DNA of 64,000 nucleotides from Patescibacteria group bacterium (GTDB lineage Bacteria > Patescibacteriota > Patescibacteriia > UBA10025): positions 52,397 through 116,396 of the forward strand of contig JBHPFX010000001.1 in assembly GCA_042570925.1 (NCBI GenBank), given 5' to 3'. The notes under the pieces are model-generated. The model worked only from the letters and a program-made list of their open reading frames with translations. It had not been told where the DNA came from and ran no database searches. Shown in pieces: positions 10,901 through 20,506 of the stretch; within the stretch, counting starts at the first letter, position 1; every line of letters starts with the position of its first letter. Both the position numbers and the translations under genes were made by a program.

Positions 10901-11015
10901 CTTCTTTCTGTGACTAGAAAGAAGCAAAGAGTCCTAGGGTTTCCAATTCGCGAGTGTTTATCGTGCTTATTCATCTAGAAAAGGCCCAATAAAAACTCCG
11001 GACCCCAAGTCTAGG
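10901..11015 (+). repeat. Dispersed structured repeat family R1, copy 1 (degenerate)
   Basis: CTTCTTTCTGTGAC[T]AGAAAGAAGCAAAGAGTCC..GGGTTTCCAATTCGCG...CCGGACCCCA..TCTAG; matches 18632 and 41125. Confidence 0.9.
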
Positions 11016-11154
11016 AGAATTTTGAGATCAATCCATAAACAGTGCTCCTCCCTCGTTTTATTTAATACTCGTATACAATAAATAATTAATATGTTACATT
11101 ATTCTTATAAAATCGTTCACCCAGAGGTGAAAATACAACAGCAGGGGTGCAGCC

Positions 11155-11340
11155 ATGCAGAGACATACCTTAGCTCATCTTTTGGCAGTAGCTCAGGAAA
11201 GGGGTTTTCGGATGGATCGGACTTCACTCCCTGGCACCGCAGAAATGTGGGATCAGGACTGGGAACAAATGTTCCCCCCTGGGACACAGCCCGGGTGTGA
11301 TGTTGAGAAGGCTTCACTACGAAGGCCTCCCCCATACTAA
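11155..11340 (+). CDS. Orphan small protein (61 aa)
   Basis: SD-like AGGGGTG upstream; followed by hairpin GGGGAGATGCG..CGCGTCTCCCC. Confidence 0.4.
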   Translation: MQRHTLAHLLAVAQERGFRMDRTSLPGTAEMWDQDWEQMFPPGTQPGCDVEKASLRRPPPY

Positions 11341-11485
11341 CGAATCTATTGTCAAAGAACGGGGAGATGCGATGCGCGTCTCCCCTTGTTTCCTTATTCA
11401 AACATGGTTGACATGACGATTTCATTAGGATAAGATTCTATAAATTTAGGAAAAACAGTTCTTATCTCTTTTCACGGGAGGTGCT

Positions 11486-11683
11486 ATGAGCACGCCAAAT
11501 GATAGTGACGCAGTTAAGTTGCGTCAAGTCGGCAGAGTGATGGGAACGGGGGAATCTCCTGGAACAACGATCATGGTATGTTCAGGTTCACCCCCAGGAG
11601 ACCTTTTTGGGGGATGTCCTGTAGGATGGAGCGCCAGTTCCGGCTCTATCCCAAAAGCAACTGACGGTGATAGTCAGGAGTAA
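11486..11683 (+). CDS. Orphan small Gly/Ser/Cys-rich protein (65 aa)
   Basis: Strong SD GGGAGGTG upstream; followed by hairpin GGGAGACGC...GCGTCTCCC. Confidence 0.5.
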   Translation: MSTPNDSDAVKLRQVGRVMGTGESPGTTIMVCSGSPPGDLFGGCPVGWSASSGSIPKATDGDSQE

Positions 11684-11752
11684 GTCCGTTCATCGAACGG
11701 CGACGAGAACTCACAAAGGGAGACGCACTGCACGACGCGTCTCCCTGATTTC

Positions 11753-12424
11753 TTATGTTTGTTGAGCGAGTACATGCTTTTTACGCAACTGCACAACACG
11801 CCATAATCTGTATATAATCGCAGCTATTGCAGTTATTCCGTAAAAGAACCAAAGGTACTTCAAACCAGTTGACTGAACGTCTGATCCAAGATTCCACGAG
11901 TGAATAAAAACGAGTACAAAAATAACGTAATTTAGATAGTGAATTAGTTTCCATTTCCTTCTCAACCACGGGAGTTTCATGAGTAATGCCGTGAGCGCAG
12001 TAATGATAATTAAAATGAATGCAAGAGTTCCAAATAGTGCAAAGACTTTCATCTTATCAGATACATATTCAAAGTTGCGATACTTGGTTAATCCAATCGC
12101 CATGAGCAGGAATAACGGGTGTATAAAAGCAACACTGAGGGCAAATATTCCTTTAATTTTGTGAATGCTATTAATGTAATTAAAAAGCTTTCTAAAAAGA
12201 GGCATCGAAGCTCCGAGCACTATTTGCAGCCATACTAGAAAGAAAGCGTACAGACCAAAAATTGGGAATATGAGATGGGCGAGCGTTTTAAAGTCTGCAT
12301 CCGCAAAAAAAGACAGCCCACCTCGCTCAGCAAAAAACACATATCCGGGAATTACTAGTAGTATAAGAAAAATAATAATCGAAAGTATTTTAAGTACTGA
12401 GCCGGATTTGTGAGCAGTTTCCAT
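11753..12424 (-). CDS. Ferric reductase-like transmembrane (heme b) protein
   Basis: TM His residues: IHKIKG, FIHP, WKLIHYLNY, FIHSW. Confidence 0.8.
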   Translation of the reverse strand: METAHKSGSVLKILSIIIFLILLVIPGYVFFAERGGLSFFADADFKTLAHLIFPIFGLYAFFLVWLQIVLGASMPLFRKLFNYINSIHKIKGIFALSVAFIHPLFLLMAIGLTKYRNFEYVSDKMKVFALFGTLAFILIIITALTALLMKLPWLRRKWKLIHYLNYVIFVLVFIHSWNLGSDVQSTGLKYLWFFYGITAIAAIIYRLWRVVQLRKKHVLAQQT

Positions 12425-12425
12425 A

Positions 12426-13661
12426 CTAATTATGATTATTCTTCTTAATTAATCGTACTTTTATTATTTCACTGTCTCGAATGTCTTCGATAATCATCAA
12501 AACATCGGCAATTTCCCATTTAACATTCTTTTCAATCTTTTCTAGGTGCTGACGTATGAGTCCCTGTAAATTCACTTTTTGTACCGGCAGATCAACATTG
12601 AAGAATTTGTTAATTCTCTCAATAAGAGAATCGCCGTGAGTTACAATGGTGTTTTTATCGACACGAATGATGGTATTTGGCTTAAGATCACTCTCGTCTG
12701 TGATTTCTCCCACAAGCTCTTCAATAATATCTTCAAGCGTGACAACACCGATAACTTTATTTTTCTTATCCTTCACGAAAGCCATGTGAATTTGTTTATC
12801 TTGAAACATTTTCATTACATGATTAAGTTCGATTGTATCATCAACATATACTGACTGATTAGCGATCTCCTCAAGCGTTTTATCACCATGAATATTTTTA
12901 AATTCCCGCATCACATCTCGTATGAGTATGATGTTTGAAATATTATCTTTTTTTCCTTTATAGATGGGAATCCGCGAAAAGCCGCTTTCAATAATTTGGT
13001 TGAGGGTTTGATTGATGGTTTGAGAACAGTCTAATGAAAAGACCTTATTGATTGGCGTCATGATCTCTCTGATGGTGATATCGCTGAAACGGATAGCGCG
13101 AGCCATTATGTTCCGCTCTTCCTGATCAATAACATTTTTTTCTACACCGTACTCAAGTGTTGCTCTGATTTCTGCCTCACTTATCGATGCAATCCGTTTT
13201 AATTTAACCACACCTTCAAGCTTTTTTGAGAGCCACTCCAAGAAATATACCAATGGAAATAGTATTGTTCCAAGTATGCTAATCGGTTTAGCGATTATGA
13301 GTGCGATTGTTCCAGCATTTTTTTGTGCGAGTGTTTTTGGAGTTATTTCTCCAAAAATGAGAATGAGAAGTGTGAGAAGCCCCGTAATTACTCCAATGCC
13401 TGTGCTGCCAAATCTATCTGCTGCAAAAAGCGTTGCCATTGATGCCGCAGCGATGTTTACAATATTGTTTCCAATCAAGATTGTTATAATCATCCTTCTC
13501 GGCCGCGCTTTAAGCTTCATAAGTGCACCAGAGCCCTTTCGTTTCTCTTTTAAGAAGGTTTTAACCTTAATTGAACTTACGGATACCAAGGCGACCTCAG
13601 CCCCTGAGAAGAAGCCGGAAAAAAGAATGAGGATTAAAAGAATCAGGATGCTTTCTACCAT
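12426..13661 (-). CDS. HlyC/CorC (CNNM + CBS) family Mg2+/Co2+ transporter
   Basis: FSGAEVAL, ILIGNNIVN, FGEITPK, GFSRIPIY, VTLEDIIEELVGEI. Confidence 0.93.
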   Translation of the reverse strand: MVESILILLILILFSGFFSGAEVALVSVSSIKVKTFLKEKRKGSGALMKLKARPRRMIITILIGNNIVNIAAASMATLFAADRFGSTGIGVITGLLTLLILIFGEITPKTLAQKNAGTIALIIAKPISILGTILFPLVYFLEWLSKKLEGVVKLKRIASISEAEIRATLEYGVEKNVIDQEERNIMARAIRFSDITIREIMTPINKVFSLDCSQTINQTLNQIIESGFSRIPIYKGKKDNISNIILIRDVMREFKNIHGDKTLEEIANQSVYVDDTIELNHVMKMFQDKQIHMAFVKDKKNKVIGVVTLEDIIEELVGEITDESDLKPNTIIRVDKNTIVTHGDSLIERINKFFNVDLPVQKVNLQGLIRQHLEKIEKNVKWEIADVLMIIEDIRDSEIIKVRLIKKNNHN

Positions 13662-13695
13662 ATTATGTAATAGTTGCAAGTTGTTGCATCAGTAT

Positions 13696-14196
13696 TTATA
13701 TAAGTGGTGAATAAACCCGTTGTGTCTCGTCAGAAAAAACCACAAAACGAATTTCTTCTAACTTGTTATTTGTTTTTAATAATTCTTTGATTGTTTTTAT
13801 GGCAATCTCAGCTGCTTTGTCCTTTGGATATCCATATACCCCGGTTGAAATGGCCGGAAAGGCGATTGATTTGATTCCATTCCGTATTGCAAGTTCAAGT
13901 GAATTTCTGTAGCAGTTAGCTAACAACTCGGCCTCATTGTTTTTTCCTCCTTGCCAGACAGGCCCGACAGTATGAATTACGTATTTTGCCGGAAGGTTAT
14001 AACCTTTTGTGATCCTTGCCTCACCGGTTGGGCAGCTACCAAGCGTTTTACATTCCTCAAGAAGCTTAAGTCCGGCTGCTCGATGAATCGCACCATCTAC
14101 TCCGCCTCCACCAAGAAGCGTGGCGTTGGCCGCATTCACAATAGCGTCAACTTTTTGTTGAGTGATATCTCCTTGGATAAGTGTTAATTTCGTCAT
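13696..14196 (-). CDS. ymdB: O-acetyl-ADP-ribose deacetylase (macro domain)
   Basis: [43 protein letters not shown]. Confidence 0.93.
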   Translation of the reverse strand: MTKLTLIQGDITQQKVDAIVNAANATLLGGGGVDGAIHRAAGLKLLEECKTLGSCPTGEARITKGYNLPAKYVIHTVGPVWQGGKNNEAELLANCYRNSLELAIRNGIKSIAFPAISTGVYGYPKDKAAEIAIKTIKELLKTNNKLEEIRFVVFSDETQRVYSPLI

Positions 14197-14198
14197 TA

Positions 14199-14780
14199 CT
14201 AATCCAGAAATGTCATACTATCGATAATACTGCTGTATTTAGCAGTGTATTTGCTGACGTCATCTCCATTTCCAATATAACCAGCGATAATAAATATGTG
14301 ACCATCTTTTATTACATAAGTAGCGATTGCATACCCTAACGTATCCACTTTCACTTTAATTGCGGGCTCGCCATCAACAATCACATCAGTTTGCTCGAAT
14401 GGTTCATCACTGTAAATTTCATTGTTGATATATGATTCAAGTGTCACATCATCTTTGACTGTCTGAGAATATATTTCCATTTTCATACCCATATATAATT
14501 CAGTCGCCTCAGTTTGTAGTAAAGCAACGGGATCATAAAAGGCTGCCAAAGAACTTGCGCTGGTGTCGTCCATCTCCCAGCCTTCGAGAAAAGTTATTTG
14601 ATAGCTAAACTCTTCGTTTGTATACACAAATCCTTTGTCTTCAGAAGACTGCTCATTCACGTTCTGGTTAGTATTTACCGTCTCTGATTGATTTTGCAGG
14701 GAAACAAAATAAATAAGACCGCCAACAATGATGATGACGATGATGATTATTACCGCTTTTAAATTACTTGTTTGAGCCAT
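14199..14780 (-). CDS. Membrane-anchored PsbP-like domain protein
   Basis: N-terminal TM; [16 protein letters not shown]...IIDSMTF. Confidence 0.65.
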   Translation of the reverse strand: MAQTSNLKAVIIIIVIIIVGGLIYFVSLQNQSETVNTNQNVNEQSSEDKGFVYTNEEFSYQITFLEGWEMDDTSASSLAAFYDPVALLQTEATELYMGMKMEIYSQTVKDDVTLESYINNEIYSDEPFEQTDVIVDGEPAIKVKVDTLGYAIATYVIKDGHIFIIAGYIGNGDDVSKYTAKYSSIIDSMTFLD

Positions 14781-14845
14781 ATACCAAGTATAGCATGGCA
14801 CAATATACTACTAAAGATGTGGTATGATATATAGACGATTAGTAT

Positions 14846-15856
14846 ATGAAAGAAATAACCCCACAAGATTTTCTCACAAATAAACTTTCACATTGCTCTG
14901 AATATCAGTTATCTGATAAAGATCAGGAATTGCTGAACGAGGGCATGGAAGTATTTTTGTACCGCCAAATTGTAAGAAAGAAATTCCGAAAATGGAGTAT
15001 TGACGAAGATGCCCAACAACATTTTCGCAATGCAGTATCAATACAGGTCTCGAAAAATGAGCCGATTCATTTTACTTTCCCATTCGGCGCATATAAAAGG
15101 TGGAATCTGCCATCTGCGCCTCGAGTAAACTGGGCCGAGTTTTTTTCACTTGCATATTATTCCCAGTACATGGCACCGATTGCAGCGGGCTATGGGCCGG
15201 GTTGCAGGTTTTCATTTGTCGGGGATGACGTTATTGTCCCAAAGTTGAATAATTATCCAGCGGAAGAAGTTGCCCATTGGTCAGAAACGTTTGAACAGTT
15301 ACTAAAAGCCTTTCATACTTATTTTCCGAAAAATATTAAAATCGAATTACTGCACGTAAGAGATTTCTATACGCCGGAAGAATTCGAAAAAGAATTAAAA
15401 GAAAAATACGACCAAGGGAAAGCCGAGTGGGATGAATGGGATGAAAAAATCCGTACAGCGCATCTAGCCAGCTCACGTCACAACATTAAATGGAAAGGCA
15501 TAGAAGACTGGACAGGAATGCCGGAAAAAGAAAAAGAGAAGAAAATTCTCGATGCAGCAATTATGCACAATGTATATCGTCAGCTTGAAAGACGAAAGGC
15601 ATTTACCCGTGCAGAAAATCGGATCGCCATATTCCCACACAAAATATCAAAAGCAGTACCGCTTGGTACAACGAAAAACTCAGCAGTCTACTTCTGGGTT
15701 GGAACAGGAATTCTGGAGAAAAAAGGAGATGGATTTACCGAAAGAATTCTTTCATATGAACAATGGAAAGACCGCAAGGGCCGATTGCACGAAACGGATG
15801 TCGACATTAAGGGGATCCCAATGAAATCAATCATGATTGATGCCGGTTCGGAATAA
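14846..15856 (+). CDS. Hypothetical protein, distant PvcA/DIT1 (isonitrile synthase)-like
   Basis: EPIHFTFP...K...AEFFSL...IAAGYGPG...GDD pattern resembles the PvcA N-terminal domain (by eye). Confidence 0.5.
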   Translation: MKEITPQDFLTNKLSHCSEYQLSDKDQELLNEGMEVFLYRQIVRKKFRKWSIDEDAQQHFRNAVSIQVSKNEPIHFTFPFGAYKRWNLPSAPRVNWAEFFSLAYYSQYMAPIAAGYGPGCRFSFVGDDVIVPKLNNYPAEEVAHWSETFEQLLKAFHTYFPKNIKIELLHVRDFYTPEEFEKELKEKYDQGKAEWDEWDEKIRTAHLASSRHNIKWKGIEDWTGMPEKEKEKKILDAAIMHNVYRQLERRKAFTRAENRIAIFPHKISKAVPLGTTKNSAVYFWVGTGILEKKGDGFTERILSYEQWKDRKGRLHETDVDIKGIPMKSIMIDAGSE

Positions 15857-15883
15857 TTCTGATATACTATTTATAGAAGGTAT

Positions 15884-16162
15884 ATGGAGCATAAAAGAGA
15901 ACTAAAAAAATACGTAGACAGCAGAAGGCGCGAAGGTGCTTCTGTGGAGCTGATCATTCATGGTTTGGTGCTTAACGGTTGGAATTACGCTGATGCGCAA
16001 CAAGCGGTTACTGAAGTAATTCGCGAATTGGCAACGCGCCGATCAAAGACAAAACCAATTCTCATCATTCTCATCATTCTTTTTGTCATAATTATTGCCG
16101 TTCTTGCATACGTGTTATTTGGAGATTCGACTTTCGAGATTCCATATATTTCTAATAGATAG
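15884..16162 (+). CDS. Small membrane protein with LxxY...G.S...I...L...GW N-terminal domain
   Basis: Domain shared with the N-terminus of 6903..9311; single C-terminal TM. Confidence 0.7.
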   Translation: MEHKRELKKYVDSRRREGASVELIIHGLVLNGWNYADAQQAVTEVIRELATRRSKTKPILIILIILFVIIIAVLAYVLFGDSTFEIPYISNR

Positions 16163-16197
16163 CAAAAAAGACCATCTGTATCAGGCGGTCTTTTTTG
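16163..16197. terminator. Bidirectional terminator
   Basis: CAAAAAAGACC...GGTCTTTTTTG between convergent genes. Confidence 0.85.
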
Positions 16198-16208
16198 TTA
16201 GGTTTATT

Positions 16209-16493
16209 TTAGAGGACAGTGTCCTTCACAACCTTTGCTACCCGGAATTTGACGACAGTCTTTGCCGGGATCTGGATCGTTTCACCAGTCGCAGGATTGC
16301 GTCCCTGACGGGCGTTTCGGTGCTTTTTCACCAATTTCCCGAAACCGGGAAGGGTGAATTCACCATTCGTTTTTACCTCGTTATAGGCTGTTTCAGCCAC
16401 TAAATCAAGGAAACTTGCGACGTCCTTGCGAGATTGGCCAGACTTCTCGGCGAGGTATCCGAGTAGCTGGGATTTGCTCATTCCTTTTGCCAT
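16209..16493 (-). CDS. hup: HU family DNA-binding protein
   Basis: LPGFGKL, ARQGRNPATGETIQIPAKTVVKF. Confidence 0.95.
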   Translation of the reverse strand: MAKGMSKSQLLGYLAEKSGQSRKDVASFLDLVAETAYNEVKTNGEFTLPGFGKLVKKHRNARQGRNPATGETIQIPAKTVVKFRVAKVVKDTVL

Positions 16494-16667
16494 ATGTCTT
16501 CTCGTTGAGTTAATTATTTGTTAGACGCTTGGAAGTATAGCAAATACAGGGGAAAAGGCATAGTTTGCGTCAAGTGGAGATTTCCACAGTTAAAATTCAC
16601 GCTTACACTTGAGATACATAATCGCAATTCATCGTCTATCAGCTTAAGTCTGATATACTGTATTTAT

Positions 16668-17342
16668 ATGGAAAAGAAGCCTATTTTTAAGGGATCTGTA
16701 GTGGTTCTGATGTGGCGTGTTAGCATTTTCATTGCTGCTGGAATTTTTATATTACTCTTTCTGTATGTGTACAGCATTGATGGCATTGTTGATCTTTTTA
16801 TGATCAGTAAAGTAGTAGCGGGTACTGCTGCACTTATGATCGGAATATCTTTTGCTCTCAGTGGATTTACGTACTACTTTGATTTTCTTGATACGAAGAT
16901 TGGGTATAGAAAATATATCGGACTAACAGGTTTCTGGTTGGCGCTGGCATACAGCATCATGCTTGTGTTTATAGATCCTGACAGATACTTTTATGGGTTT
17001 TTCGAAAACATTGGATCAGCTGACTTTATTCTCGGATTAAGTGCGGTGGGTATTCTTGCATTCATGGCGATCATTTCAAATTCATGGGCGATGCATAAGC
17101 TTGGTCCGCTTCGTTGGAGACAGCTACTGAGGTTTGGTTATGTAGCATATGCGTTATTGGTCACTCGTGCTATTGTCACTGAGTGGGATTTATGGACAGT
17201 GTGGTGGAACGCTCCGGAAACGTTGCCTCCGCCTCGGCTGACAATTTCAGTTATTGCAATCATTATAATCCTCTTTAGGATATCAATGATTATTTCAAAG
17301 TTTATCAAACAACGTAAAGTGCAATATGAACAAAAAACGTAA
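16668..17342 (+). CDS. MsrQ/ferric reductase-like membrane protein
   Basis: YRKYIGLTGF, ISNSWAMHKLG..RWRQLLR; several canonical heme His appear substituted. Confidence 0.7.
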   Translation: MEKKPIFKGSVVVLMWRVSIFIAAGIFILLFLYVYSIDGIVDLFMISKVVAGTAALMIGISFALSGFTYYFDFLDTKIGYRKYIGLTGFWLALAYSIMLVFIDPDRYFYGFFENIGSADFILGLSAVGILAFMAIISNSWAMHKLGPLRWRQLLRFGYVAYALLVTRAIVTEWDLWTVWWNAPETLPPPRLTISVIAIIIILFRISMIISKFIKQRKVQYEQKT

Positions 17343-17406
17343 GGTTGCTATAAAGAAGCACCGAAAGAAAACCAAGAAGCAGGTTGGCTCATTACGGTAT
17401 CGTTAA
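17326..17406 (+). CDS. Candidate 26-aa highly basic small protein MNKKRKVAIKKHRKKTKKQVGSLRYR
   Basis: Manual translation; overlaps the upstream stop and ends 1 nt before the next ATG. Confidence 0.45.
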   Translation: MNKKRKVAIKKHRKKTKKQVGSLRYR

Positions 17407-17407
17407 G

Positions 17408-18607
17408 ATGAAGCTGATCATATCTTTAGTAGTCGTTATGGGGTTTGTGTTTTCCGCACCAGCAGCACAAGCCGCGGTTTTTGATCATACATCCGGAATG
17501 ATTGTTCTCCAGGTGGAGTCTCATGGTGAGGCCTGGTATGTAAATCCACTAACACATCAGCGATCTTATCTCGGACGCTCGGCAGACGCATTTGAACTCA
17601 TGCGGGAGACCGGATTAGGAATTTCGAATACCCATTTGGCCCAAATCCCTGAAGCGGGAAGCGGTGAAGAGGGTGATATTGCGCTACGAGAAAGATTATC
17701 GGGAAGAATATTATTGCAGGTTGAGGAAAACGGTGAAGCTTGGTATGTGTATCCAAGAAATTTACAGCGTTATTATTTAGGCCGTCCTGATGATGCATTT
17801 ACTATCATGAAAAATCTCGGCCTAGGCATTTCAAATGCTCACTTGGCACTGATACCAGCAATAGGCGCACCAGTGAATTCATACGAATTGAGATCAATCG
17901 ATACATCGAGGGGCGTTTTTGAAATTCAAATGATCACTCTCGATCTTTCTAATTCAGTTTTAGAGGTTGTAACAGACACGGCAAATGAATTTGACTGTTC
18001 TGACAATTGTCCTGCAAAATCTTTAGATGAATATATCGAGGTTAATAACGGAATTGCGGGTATGCATGGAACATACTTCTGTCCGCCGGATTATTCCGTA
18101 TGCCAGGGAGAAATTGGTTCGTATTTGTGGCCAGTGTACAATTCAAACCTCGGAAGATTCTTGAATGAAGAACGTCTTGCATACACGACCGGTCCGTTGA
18201 TGGTTTTTGATACGAATAACACGCCATACTTTTTTTATCGTACGGAAGATTTTGGCTCGGTTAAAGAATTCGAAGAGCGCTTTAATACGACAATTCAAGC
18301 TGGTATTTCAAATGGTCCCGCACTTATTTTAAGCGGAGAAAATGTTGTCACTCATGAACCGATGGATGACAAACAGTTGAATACCCGAGGAAATCGGGGA
18401 GGCATCGGAGTAAAAGGTTTGACACTCTACTTATTAATTGCACGAAGTGCGACAGTCCCAGATTTGGCGGCAGTGTTTGAATCTCTAGATGTAGATCATG
18501 CAATGAATTTGGATGGGGGTGGAACGAGTGCATTGTATTTCGACGGTGCATATCGAGTTGGGCCAGGACGTTTGCTCCCAAATGCAATTGTTGTAAGAGC
18601 AAGATAA
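17408..18607 (+). CDS. Secreted phosphodiester glycosidase (NAGPA-like) with two LQVExxGEAWYV repeats
   Basis: Signal peptide; LQVESHGEAWYV / LQVEENGEAWYV; AMNLDGGGTS. Confidence 0.85.
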   Translation: MKLIISLVVVMGFVFSAPAAQAAVFDHTSGMIVLQVESHGEAWYVNPLTHQRSYLGRSADAFELMRETGLGISNTHLAQIPEAGSGEEGDIALRERLSGRILLQVEENGEAWYVYPRNLQRYYLGRPDDAFTIMKNLGLGISNAHLALIPAIGAPVNSYELRSIDTSRGVFEIQMITLDLSNSVLEVVTDTANEFDCSDNCPAKSLDEYIEVNNGIAGMHGTYFCPPDYSVCQGEIGSYLWPVYNSNLGRFLNEERLAYTTGPLMVFDTNNTPYFFYRTEDFGSVKEFEERFNTTIQAGISNGPALILSGENVVTHEPMDDKQLNTRGNRGGIGVKGLTLYLLIARSATVPDLAAVFESLDVDHAMNLDGGGTSALYFDGAYRVGPGRLLPNAIVVRAR

Positions 18608-18631
18608 TTAAAAGATTTCACCTGGTGACAC

Positions 18632-18747
18632 CTTCTTTCTGTGACCAGAAAGAAGCAAAGAGTCCCGGGGTTTCCAATTCGCGGATATTCATCACTCTTT
18701 AATGATCTAGGATTGGCTCAATGGAAACGCCCGGACCCCACCTCTAG
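18632..18747 (+). repeat. Repeat family R1, copy 2
   Basis: CTTCTTTCTG-TGAC-CAGAAAGAAG hairpin, then GTCCCGGGGTTTCCA...TGGAAACGCCCGGAC stem. Confidence 0.9.
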
Positions 18748-18802
18748 TAATGGAATGTGGTGCTAGACTATAATTACATTGGTTGGTACAATATTTTAGC
18801 TT

Positions 18803-19798
18803 ATGAAAATATTACTTGCTAAACCCAGAGGTTTTTGTGCCGGTGTCGACCGAGCTATTGATGTAGTTGAATTGGCACTACAAGTCTATGGCAAGCCGAT
18901 CTATGTGAAACATGCAATCGTACATAACGATCATGTAGTCAAAGATTTAGAAAAAAAGGGAACGATATTTGTCGAAAACGTCGAAGAAATTCCTAAGGAC
19001 TCCAATACAGTATTCAGTGCTCATGGAAGCCCTCCTGAAGATTTTGATAAAGCTACATCAAGAAACTTAAATATCATTGATGCGACATGTCCACTGGTAA
19101 TGAAGGTGCATTTGGAGGCAAAGCGATTTGGAAAAGAAGGATACACTATCATACTCATCGGCCACAAAGGACATGTTGAGCTAGTCGGTACGAGCGGCGA
19201 AGCACCACAAAATACCGTGATTGTTGAAACAAAGGAAGACGTTGAACAGCTTACAGTTCCAGAAGGAAAAAAAGTAGCCGTACTAACGCAAACCACATTG
19301 TCAGTGGATGATACAAAAGAAATTATTGAAGCAGTGAAGAATAAATACCCTCAGGCGTTAATACCTCCTACGTCTGATATATGTTTTGCTACAACAAACC
19401 GTCAGCGAGCGGTAAAAGCGCTGGCTAAGCAGGTCAACCTGATTCTTGTCGTTGGGTCAAAAACAAGCTCAAACACGAATAGGTTAGTTGAGGTGGCACA
19501 AACCCAGGGTGTTCCGGCATTTCGGATTAACACTATTGAGGATATTATGTCTGATTGGCTGGAGAACGTTGATGCAATCGGTGTTACTGCCGGTGCGTCA
19601 GCTCCAGAAAAACTTGTTCAGCAGGTGATAAAGTATTTACAGTCCCAAGGAGGTCAAGACGTTGAAGAGCTGGAAGTGATGCAGGAGCGCGTCTGGTTTG
19701 ATTTACCGGAAAGCATAAAAAAAGCCGCAAAGGAGCGGGGGAAGGAAGAGTTAGTCCGGAAGCACACGATCGATTCCGGAGCAAAAATGTCAGCATGA
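18803..19798 (+). CDS. ispH: 4-hydroxy-3-methylbut-2-enyl diphosphate reductase
   Basis: PRGFCAGVDRA, IVHN, FSAHG, DATCPLV, ICFATTNRQ, TAGASAPE. Confidence 0.97.
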   Translation: MKILLAKPRGFCAGVDRAIDVVELALQVYGKPIYVKHAIVHNDHVVKDLEKKGTIFVENVEEIPKDSNTVFSAHGSPPEDFDKATSRNLNIIDATCPLVMKVHLEAKRFGKEGYTIILIGHKGHVELVGTSGEAPQNTVIVETKEDVEQLTVPEGKKVAVLTQTTLSVDDTKEIIEAVKNKYPQALIPPTSDICFATTNRQRAVKALAKQVNLILVVGSKTSSNTNRLVEVAQTQGVPAFRINTIEDIMSDWLENVDAIGVTAGASAPEKLVQQVIKYLQSQGGQDVEELEVMQERVWFDLPESIKKAAKERGKEELVRKHTIDSGAKMSA

Positions 19799-19799
19799 A

Positions 19800-20438
19800 T
19801 TACGGACCAAACGTTGCAAGCTCATCAAGCTCAGTGACAGCGATGTATCTTTTTAGAGCGGTCCCGACTGGATAGGATGTTTGGAGGGTGAGAAGATAAC
19901 GCTCATTATTGAATTGATCGAGGACGGACACCTCCTTTGGCCCTACAATTTTAGTTTCAATTACTCGGTAGATAAACAATTCACCGTCCTCATTTGTTAC
20001 CCGTACTTCTGTTTCGAGAGGAATATCCACCAGTGATTTAAAGACTTCTTTATAATCTCCAGCTTTCCAAAAATAGTCTGATGAATGTCCGAAAATATAT
20101 GGGTTGCCACGTTCGCCCGGAAGAGAGGTACCGGGATACAGCACCACGCCGTTTTCGAGAGCTGGCTGAAATGCTTCTTCAGTTGCTTCTTCCACAAAAA
20201 CAATAGGAGTTTCAATTTCTCTATCAGGGATGCTGATCCAGTTTGCCTCACCCTTCTCAAGAGTCGGTCGTTTGATTTCTTCTACATCTCCGCTTACTGG
20301 AAGTCCGAGTGAAGCAGAATTTGCTGTTTGGGTAATCTCTGTAGAAGATTGCCAGTTTATAAACACTATCACACCAATAACCAGTATTGGCACAACAATG
20401 CTAAATGTGAGAAGTAGATTTTTACGCCCTGAATTCAT
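19800..20438 (-). CDS. Sortase-family protein (catalytic Cys replaced by Ser: LTLQTS)
   Basis: GVVLYPGT..PGERGN..IFGHS, LTLQTSYP, KRYI. Confidence 0.8.
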   Translation of the reverse strand: MNSGRKNLLLTFSIVVPILVIGVIVFINWQSSTEITQTANSASLGLPVSGDVEEIKRPTLEKGEANWISIPDREIETPIVFVEEATEEAFQPALENGVVLYPGTSLPGERGNPYIFGHSSDYFWKAGDYKEVFKSLVDIPLETEVRVTNEDGELFIYRVIETKIVGPKEVSVLDQFNNERYLLTLQTSYPVGTALKRYIAVTELDELATFGP

Positions 20439-20506
20439 AGTAGAATGATTGTAGCAGGAGTTGTGTTTCTCTTCAACAGTTTATTAATACATGATAGGGT
20501 AGGCGT

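Noticed and set aside
11028-11054. Minus-strand strong SD (GGGAGGAG) with ATG at 11036
   Set aside because: Reads Met-Asp-stop; at most a decayed orphan next to R1
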